Source: a virus. Taken from it: DNA of 6,035 nucleotides. The position numbers and the translations under genes were made by a program. The notes below the pieces were generated by a model that had not been told where the DNA came from, ran no database searches, and was given only the letters and a program-made list of their open reading frames with translations. Shown here one piece after another: positions 1 through 5,022 of the stretch. Positions within the stretch are counted from its first letter, which is position 1; every line of letters starts with the position of its first letter. Location: positions 1 through 6,035 of IMG/VR virus record IMGVR_UViG_3300020030_000019; one strand, written 5' to 3'.

Positions 1-121
1 GAGGCAGTAGCAAAACATAATCTAGCTGCCCGCGATGTTCTTAAAGTTCAGGAGGATATAGAAAAAAACAATCGATTTATTTCTGACGCTACCCTTCTGA
101 GTGCCATCGATGAGAAAAAAA
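1..121. repeat. Terminal redundancy copy 1 (identical to 5915..6035); marks a circular genome of 5,914 nt
   Basis: Base-by-base comparison shows 1-121 = 5915-6035 with no mismatch. The window simply ends inside the A-run that continues at 122. Confidence 0.95.
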
Positions 122-780
122 ACCAAGCCGCCTTAGTTGCTGCAGAGGTTAAGCGTTTGGGTATTGAGAATGAAAATTTAGGCGCGCTAATGTCTGCTCA
201 GTCTTTTATGATGAATACGCAGGGCGCACTTAATCAGATCCTTGGTGAGCAAGCTCGCGAGGTGATTGAATCGCTTCGTCTTAATAATCTTGATACTGCT
301 AACGAACTTTCGCGTAATTGGGATAAGCGTTTCGAGGTTGAAATTCCTAACCCTCATTATGAAAAGAATATTCGAAGTTCTAATCCTATCACTCGTGGCA
401 ACCCTGGCCCTCGCTCCTTTAAGATATCGTTATCTCTTAAAGATTTTCACGATAAGACTATTATAAATCAGGCGGATGCTTCTGAGTTTCTTCCTGAGCA
501 AGCTCGCGTCGCCCTTCGTAATGCGAAGCTTGATCCGTATATCGAAATCACGAAAGCTTTAGTTAGCGTTGCGGGTAGTGTTGCCGGCGCAGGCATAATT
601 CGTGGAGGTATGGCTCGTGCGTCTAAGACTATTTCTGCCGGCGGTTCTACCAGCGATTCTGCGGGTTCTTCCCTCACGACTCGTTACGATTCGAAAGGAA
701 ATCTTGTTGGTTATGCGAAAACGGAGATGACACGCGGCACTCATTCGAGCTCGTATAATACTACTCGAAGCTATCGTTAG
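1..780 (+). CDS. VP2: DNA pilot / minor capsid protein VP2, 3' portion (continues from 5327..5914 across the circle junction)
   Basis: Frame 1 has no stop from base 1 to TAG 778-780. The track entry 157..780 is only the part after an internal TTG. Base 5915 (= base 1) begins a codon of the ORF starting at ATG 5327, so both pieces form one 1,368-nt gene (455 aa). This portion is a long helical, Q/E/K/N-rich region followed by a Gly/Ala hydrophobic stretch (ITKALVSVAGSVAGAGIIRGG) and a Ser/Thr/Gly-rich tail. Confidence 0.8.
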   Translation, partial: EAVAKHNLAARDVLKVQEDIEKNNRFISDATLLSAIDEKKNQAALVAAEVKRLGIENENLGALMSAQSFMMNTQGALNQILGEQAREVIESLRLNNLDTANELSRNWDKRFEVEIPNPHYEKNIRSSNPITRGNPGPRSFKISLSLKDFHDKTIINQADASEFLPEQARVALRNAKLDPYIEITKALVSVAGSVAGAGIIRGGMARASKTISAGGSTSDSAGSSLTTRYDSKGNLVGYAKTEMTRGTHSSSYNTTRSYR

Positions 781-794
781 AATCGTTGATTTTT

Positions 795-825
795 TTTGCA
801 TTTTAAGTTTTTGTTGTTATATTTG
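795..825 (+). promoter_or_regulatory. Candidate Bacteroidota-type promoter (-33 TTTG / -7 TAnnTTTG)
   Basis: TTTG lies at 795-798 and TATATTTG at 818-825, separated by 19 nt. This matches the TTTG-N19-21-TAnnTTTG consensus described for Bacteroides housekeeping promoters. It sits in the 71-nt spacer between the VP2 stop (780) and the ORF101 ATG (852), about 27 nt upstream of the ATG. Confidence 0.5.
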
Positions 826-851
826 CGTTGTAAACCAATAACCGTATTGTT

Positions 852-1157
852 ATGAAAAAGAACAAAAATTCTAAAGTTGACAAGCTGGCAATCGATGTTG
901 TAGAATATGCATTCGTTGAGTGGCTTGTCCGTCGAGGAATCTTTACTGCCTTTAGGGCGAACTATGACCGCGTCGTTACGACTCGGAAAACCTTTCGAGA
1001 CTGGTTGCGCGACCACATTCGATATGTTTATCGTAGGCCTAGCCTTGGCCCCGAATCTCTCATCTCCTCTGCTTTTCTGTTTGCTTCAACTCCTGAGGGT
1101 TACGAATTCTGGATCAAACATTCCGACGCTTGGAGGCGTTTTTACGATGAGCTTTAA
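852..1157 (+). CDS. Hypothetical protein, 101 aa, basic and aromatic-rich (ORF101)
   Basis: ATG-to-TAA ORF on the genome's single coding strand, placed downstream of the candidate promoter. It has 19 K/R against 13 D/E. The C-terminus carries the W/F/Y-rich motif SAFLFASTPEGYEFWIKHSDAWRRFY. I recognise no family. Confidence 0.6.
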   Translation: MKKNKNSKVDKLAIDVVEYAFVEWLVRRGIFTAFRANYDRVVTTRKTFRDWLRDHIRYVYRRPSLGPESLISSAFLFASTPEGYEFWIKHSDAWRRFYDEL

Positions 1158-1180
1158 ATGAAACATTAAATTATATTATT

Positions 1181-1504
1181 ATGACAAAGGTTCATATAGT
1201 TGTCCGCCGTATTAATCCGGCTCTCAACGTTGATATTATTCAGTTCGGTTGTATTAAAGATGACCAGTTTTCGCCATTACCTCTTGATGCTCTTGCGCAT
1301 ACTCCCGTTTCCGATTTTGTAGAGTATTCTAGTATCTCTGCTTCGCCCTATATCCATCATTGTCGGATTCCTAGCCTTGTAGAGGCCCTGATTGCGTACC
1401 CTGACTTTTCGGTCGATTTTTTCGACAATACACTCGTTCTTATGTTTAGCACTGATTTGAATCACAATGAAAGCGCGTCGAAAGAAGAAGGGAAAGGGAA
1501 CTAA
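1181..1504 (+). CDS. Hypothetical protein, 107 aa, acidic (ORF107)
   Basis: ATG-to-TAA ORF that starts 23 nt after ORF101. T occupies codon position 3 in about half of the codons (hand count), like the core genes. A terminator-like hairpin follows it. I recognise no family. Confidence 0.6.
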   Translation: MTKVHIVVRRINPALNVDIIQFGCIKDDQFSPLPLDALAHTPVSDFVEYSSISASPYIHHCRIPSLVEALIAYPDFSVDFFDNTLVLMFSTDLNHNESASKEEGKGN

Positions 1505-1550
1505 AGTAGTGACCCGCCCGCTTGGTGGAAGAGTTCTTTAACTCGTTAGT

Positions 1551-1586
1551 CCTGCGGGAGAAATATCTCTCGCAGGCTTTTTCTTT
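1551..1586 (+). terminator. Intrinsic-terminator-like hairpin plus T-tract
   Basis: CCTGCGGGAGA (1551-1561) pairs with TCTCTCGCAGG (1566-1576), giving an 11-bp stem with one G-T pair and the 4-nt loop AATA. It is followed by CTTTTTCTTT (1577-1586). It lies in the 107-nt spacer after ORF107. Confidence 0.55.
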
Positions 1587-1611
1587 AAGTGTAGAGCAAT
1601 ATTTTTAAATT

Positions 1612-1812
1612 ATGGATTATTTCGATTTCAGACCTAGATTTTCTCCTATTGTTAATAGCGTTTCTTATCGCTATTCTGTTGGCGCATATCGCGGCAAAAA
1701 GCGAGTTGTTATTGCTTGGTTTGTCGACGAAAGTTCCGCGAATGACTATCTTGTTCGTTGTCGTCGCACTAACCCTTATATTAAGTTTGATTGCCTTAAA
1801 AGTCTTCTTTAA
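1612..1812 (+). CDS. Hypothetical small basic protein, 66 aa (ORF66), translationally coupled to Rep
   Basis: ATG-to-TAA ORF with very strong T3 codon bias. The stop TAA 1810-1812 overlaps the Rep ATG 1812-1814 (TAATG). It has 12 K/R against 6 D/E. Confidence 0.6.
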   Translation: MDYFDFRPRFSPIVNSVSYRYSVGAYRGKKRVVIAWFVDESSANDYLVRCRRTNPYIKFDCLKSLL

Positions 1813-2882
1813 TGGCCTGCTCTTCCCCTATATGGATACGAAATCGTCGTTATTTCGACAAGAAAAACCCTTGTCGTAATGGTTCTGATGTCGTTAAGTC
1901 TGCACTTGCCCTTCGTCCCTGGGATGTCGCCCGCCAATGGCTAATGGTCCCTTGCGGAAAGTGCGAAGATTGTTTGCGTCGTCAGCGTAATGATTGGTTC
2001 GTCCGCTTAGAGCGTGAGTTAACCTGTTGTAAGGCTAATAACCAGCAGGCTATTTTTATTACAATTACAATTGCCCCAAAGTATTATAACGAGGCGCTAC
2101 TTGATCCTTCTCGATTCATTCGTCGCTTCAATGAGCGTTTGCGACATAAGCTCGGCCATTCGTTTAAGCACGCTTTCTTTCAAGAGTTTGGCACACATCC
2201 TGAAATGGGAAATGAACCTAGATTGCACTTCCACGGCTTTCTCTTTAGTACAAACGCCCTCTATAATACTATTCGTGCTGCTGTTCGAGACCTTGGTTTT
2301 GTGTGGCTATCGAAGGCTACTCATAAGCGTGCTCGATATTGTGTTAAATATGTTACTAAACAAATTCAATTTAATCCCGAAGAGATTTCGGACAAATATG
2401 TTACTGTAGATGGAAAACTTACACCTTTGTCTTGCCTCCTCCAACATCGCCGTTATACGCGAAAATTCGTATCTGCTGGCGTTGGTGATTTTCTTGGTTA
2501 TATGCCTCGCCCTTCTGCTCGTGTTTCGACGTGGTCTTATTTCGACTGTAAGAAGAATATCAATTATAACTACACGATTCCTCGATACTACCTTAGATAT
2601 CTTAAATCGGAAGACGAGGTTATGCGTTCGATTGCCGCTGCTGATGCTTATGCACATTTTAGCAAGTCTTCTCTGGTTAAGCGTATTGTGTCTTTGTGTG
2701 TTGAGCGGTTCGGTCTCAATTCCGCCGTATCCCGTAGAGCGTCGTACACGTGGGAACAAAAGCAAGTGATGCGCTTCTCTTCCTCCTCTCGGAAAATGCC
2801 TGACTTTGATCCCCCTACTTGGCTGGATTTAGATATTCTTCATTTTTGGAGAGATCATTATAAACTTCAATTAATTACTTAA
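1812..2882 (+). CDS. VP4: Replication initiation protein VP4 (HUH rolling-circle endonuclease, Microviridae type)
   Basis: 356 aa. The N-terminus is MACSSPIW...VPCGKCEDCLRRQRNDWFVR (the Cys-x2-Pro start and PCGxCxxC cluster typical of gokushovirus/alpavirus VP4). Motif 1 is FITITI (nt 2055-2072). Motif 2 is the HUH element LHFHGFLF (HFH at nt 2226-2234). Motif 3 is YCVKYVTK with two tyrosines, Y176 and Y180 (nt 2337-2360), as in the phiX174 A protein. Confidence 0.93.
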   Translation: MACSSPIWIRNRRYFDKKNPCRNGSDVVKSALALRPWDVARQWLMVPCGKCEDCLRRQRNDWFVRLERELTCCKANNQQAIFITITIAPKYYNEALLDPSRFIRRFNERLRHKLGHSFKHAFFQEFGTHPEMGNEPRLHFHGFLFSTNALYNTIRAAVRDLGFVWLSKATHKRARYCVKYVTKQIQFNPEEISDKYVTVDGKLTPLSCLLQHRRYTRKFVSAGVGDFLGYMPRPSARVSTWSYFDCKKNINYNYTIPRYYLRYLKSEDEVMRSIAAADAYAHFSKSSLVKRIVSLCVERFGLNSAVSRRASYTWEQKQVMRFSSSSRKMPDFDPPTWLDLDILHFWRDHYKLQLIT

Positions 2883-2885
2883 TTT

Positions 2886-4691
2886 ATGGGAAAACAACCT
2901 TTTATCTCACACGCTGTAAACGGTTACTCTCGTTATGATGTTCCTGAGAGTAAAGCCTTTACATGTACGCCGGGCATCTTATATCCGGTGCGAATTGATT
3001 TTATTAACGCTCGCGACCGTGTTTCTATCGAACAGGGCATCGACATTCGTAGCAATCCTCTCGCTGTTCCGACATTTAACCCTTATACTATTAGGCTTCA
3101 CCGCTTTTGGGTGCCTATGCAGCTGTATCACCCCGAAATGCGGACAAATAGCAGTAAGTTTGACATGAATAATGCCAGCTTTAATTGGATTCCCTCGCCC
3201 AATACCCCGACTGTTTCCGGCATTGATATGTTTAACAAGCGCGGCGGTTATTCCAATTCGCTTTTTAACTGGCTTCGCGTTTCTGTTACGCAGCCTTCTC
3301 GATCTCTTTCCGACGTAGAGTCTGTAAGTGTATCTATCCCTGTTGTTGGCAACTCGTCTGCTTATTTTAATGCTGATACTTATCTGGCATACTGGGATAT
3401 CGTCCGCAACTATTATGCTTACAGTCAGTGGGGTGTTTTCTCTTTTGCCTGGCCTGGAACCTCCTATATCACGGAAGATGGCTCTGGCGCCTTTGCATCG
3501 CAACCTCTTGCGACATCGTCTTTCTTTGCTCAGCGTTTTGGCAATGTTGAGTATCTTGACGCCTACTTCGAGAGCCAGTTTTACCCTTCGGCGCTCGCCT
3601 CTTCCAACGATACCTATAATCGCGCTGCTCTTTACGGTCAAATCATCAGGTCGGATATAGAAGGCACCGGTGCCGCTGGTGACGGCTTCCCCGTTATGGT
3701 TTTATCAGACTTGGCGGCGGACTTGACCCCTTATCCGGCTAATCAGTTTTCCACATCTCCCGGTACTGCTGCTGCGCCCCTAATTCGCAGTATTTTGAAG
3801 TACCATCCTATGGCTGTCGTCCCTTCAAATCCTGACCGTTTTAGTCGGCTTTTGCCCAATGGCACTTCGGATGCCGTCTCTATGACTGGTGTCTCTACTA
3901 TTCCGCAACTTGCTATTGCTTCGCGTCTACAGGAGTATAAGGACCTTCTTGGCGCTGGAGGCAGTCGTTATTCGGACTGGCTTGAAACCTTTTTTGCATC
4001 TAAGATCGAACACGTCGATCGGCCTAAACTCTTATTTAGCGCCTCGCAGACCGTTAACGTCCAGGTTATTATGAATCAGTCTGGAACTAATAACTTTCAA
4101 TCTGCAGCCGGTGGCGGCTTCCCCCTTGGCCAGCAGGGTGGTTCGATAGCGTTCAATACTCGACTTGGTCGTTCTCAGTCGTATTATTTCCGCGAGCCTG
4201 GTTATATGATTGATATGCTTAGTATTCGTCCCGTATACTATTGGGCTGGCATCAGACCCGATTATTTGACCTATCGTGGTTCTGATTATTTCAATCCCAT
4301 TTACAATGATATCGGTTACCAGGATGTCTCTACGGATGTTTTTGGCCAATCCACCACTCTTTCTTCTATAGCCAGGGAGCCGTGTTACAACGAGTTTAGA
4401 TCGTCGTATGATGAAGTGCTTGGGCAGCTTTCGGTGTTTTCCGGCCCGACTGGCGACAAACTTACACCCCTTTATTCTTATTGGGTCCAGCAGCGTTATT
4501 CTTCGGCACTTTTGAATGGAACCCCTCTCCCTGCCTCTTACGTCGCGTCTCTCCTTTTTGTCGATATGCCGCAGGTTAACTCGCCTTTCCTTTCGAACGT
4601 CGAGGATAACTTCTTTGTGAATCTCTCTTACGGCGTACGTAAGAAGAACCTTGTTAACAAAACCTTTGCAACTCGTTTGTCTAATCGCTAA
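2886..4691 (+). CDS. VP1: Major capsid protein VP1 (F-protein family jelly-roll capsid)
   Basis: 601 aa, the largest ORF, starting 3 nt after the Rep stop. Microvirus capsid signature blocks are recognisable. These include TPGILYPV...IRSNPLAVPTF...IRLHRFWVPMQLY (the FFVPxRLxW-type block), LAYWDIVRNYYAY (the AYxxIxNxYYRD-type block) and IASRLQEYKDLLGAGGSRYSDWLETFFA (the LRxAxxLQxWxExxARxGxRYxE-type block). Confidence 0.92.
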   Translation: MGKQPFISHAVNGYSRYDVPESKAFTCTPGILYPVRIDFINARDRVSIEQGIDIRSNPLAVPTFNPYTIRLHRFWVPMQLYHPEMRTNSSKFDMNNASFNWIPSPNTPTVSGIDMFNKRGGYSNSLFNWLRVSVTQPSRSLSDVESVSVSIPVVGNSSAYFNADTYLAYWDIVRNYYAYSQWGVFSFAWPGTSYITEDGSGAFASQPLATSSFFAQRFGNVEYLDAYFESQFYPSALASSNDTYNRAALYGQIIRSDIEGTGAAGDGFPVMVLSDLAADLTPYPANQFSTSPGTAAAPLIRSILKYHPMAVVPSNPDRFSRLLPNGTSDAVSMTGVSTIPQLAIASRLQEYKDLLGAGGSRYSDWLETFFASKIEHVDRPKLLFSASQTVNVQVIMNQSGTNNFQSAAGGGFPLGQQGGSIAFNTRLGRSQSYYFREPGYMIDMLSIRPVYYWAGIRPDYLTYRGSDYFNPIYNDIGYQDVSTDVFGQSTTLSSIAREPCYNEFRSSYDEVLGQLSVFSGPTGDKLTPLYSYWVQQRYSSALLNGTPLPASYVASLLFVDMPQVNSPFLSNVEDNFFVNLSYGVRKKNLVNKTFATRLSNR

Positions 4692-4703
4692 TTTACTAAT
4701 TTT

Positions 4704-5000
4704 ATGGCACTTAATTGGTTACTTGAAGATGCCCCCGCTTATATTTCCCGCGGTCAACGAATTATGTCTGTCCTTGAAGGTTCTGGGACTGTCGACGTTT
4801 TGCCCGGTCGCCCGGATATAACAGCTGAACCTTCCGATTTTGAGAAGGGTGAAAAGTTTAATCCCGAAATCGATTTCGACCCTAATTCGTTCTCTCGTAT
4901 GGATAAGTTTGACGGTCTCGAGGTCGGACAGGAACTTATTGATTCGGAGATAGATAGATCGAAGTCCGCTTCGAAAACTCCTAATCCTGAAGAAAAATAG
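4704..5000 (+). CDS. Hypothetical acidic protein, 98 aa (ORF98); possible internal scaffolding (VP3-like) protein
   Basis: ATG-to-TAG ORF that starts 12 nt after the VP1 stop and shows T3 codon bias. It has 21 D/E against 11 K/R. Its position next to the capsid gene and its strongly acidic, probably disordered composition are the only basis for the scaffold suggestion. Confidence 0.6.
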   Translation: MALNWLLEDAPAYISRGQRIMSVLEGSGTVDVLPGRPDITAEPSDFEKGEKFNPEIDFDPNSFSRMDKFDGLEVGQELIDSEIDRSKSASKTPNPEEK

Positions 5001-5022
5001 TACATTCTTTACTTGACGATAT

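Noticed and set aside
1-121. The 121-nt identical ends interpreted as biological direct terminal repeats, LTRs or att sites.
   Set aside because: Microviruses package circular ssDNA with no terminal repeats. The repeat lies inside a coding sequence that is only complete when the ends are merged. An exact fixed-length overlap is the usual signature of a circular contig.
115-122. A8 run inside VP2 (also A7 at 62-68, and T8 at 790-797 in the spacer) as a programmed slippage or frameshift site.
   Set aside because: No alternative-frame ORF of interest opens downstream of the A-runs, and the zero frame continues into clearly VP2-like sequence. The runs simply encode Lys-Lys-Asn.
289-295. CTTGATA inside VP2, resembling the core of the phiX174 origin (CAACTTG/ATATTAATAAC).
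   Set aside because: Only a 7-mer matches and the flanks diverge (CTTGATACTGCTAAC). A 7-mer is expected by chance at roughly this frequency in 6 kb, and the Rep here is only distantly related to phiX A.
266-466. 66-aa hydrophobic ORF in the +1 frame inside VP2.
   Set aside because: It is a composition artefact. VP2 codons are T-rich at position 3, which becomes position 2 in the +1 frame. That produces Leu/Ile/Phe/Val-rich, stop-poor reading frames. There is no independent start context or other support.
246-508. Exact 14-nt direct repeat TGAGCAAGCTCGCG at 246-259 and 495-508, in the same codon phase, encoding EQAR both times.
   Set aside because: It is mildly improbable by chance, but the flanking protein sequence shows no extended similarity, so there is no evidence for an internal duplication or a functional site.
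157-780. The track's 207-aa ORF starting at TTG 157, read as a stand-alone gene.
   Set aside because: The frame is open all the way from base 1 and is continuous with the 5327 ORF through the circular junction. This is therefore the C-terminal part of VP2, not a separate gene.
907-1161. 84-aa ORF in the +1 frame of ORF101.
   Set aside because: It is the same +1-frame artefact class. It is entirely nested in a better-supported ORF and I recognise no motif in it.
1164-1189. AT-rich imperfect palindrome CATTAAATTATATTATTATG plus TTATGACAAAG in the ORF101/ORF107 spacer, considered as a dif-like XerC/D site for integrase-free lysogeny.
   Set aside because: Only the XerD-like arm matches the E. 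coli dif arm, at about 8 of 11 positions. The XerC-side arm does not match. The palindrome is 7 of 10 pairs in AT-rich sequence, and it overlaps the ORF107 start. That is too weak without a Bacteroidota dif consensus to compare against.
2071-2769. Two consecutive +1-frame ORFs inside Rep (2071..2409, 112 aa; 2410..2769, 119 aa). The second has two TM-like stretches (LLALVIFLVICLALLLVF and LLMLMHILASLLWLSVLCLCVL).
   Set aside because: It is tempting as an E-like overprinted lysis gene. However, it has exactly the hydrophobic character expected from T3-rich host codons read in the +1 frame, and there is no sequence-level evidence of dual coding. It is worth including in a synonymous-constraint scan but is not reportable as a gene.
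2935-4074. Three +1-frame hydrophobic ORFs inside VP1 (2935..3168, 3328..3660, 3889..4074).
   Set aside because: Same artefact. All lie in the same +1 frame relative to VP1 and are Leu/Ile/Phe-rich low-complexity sequence.
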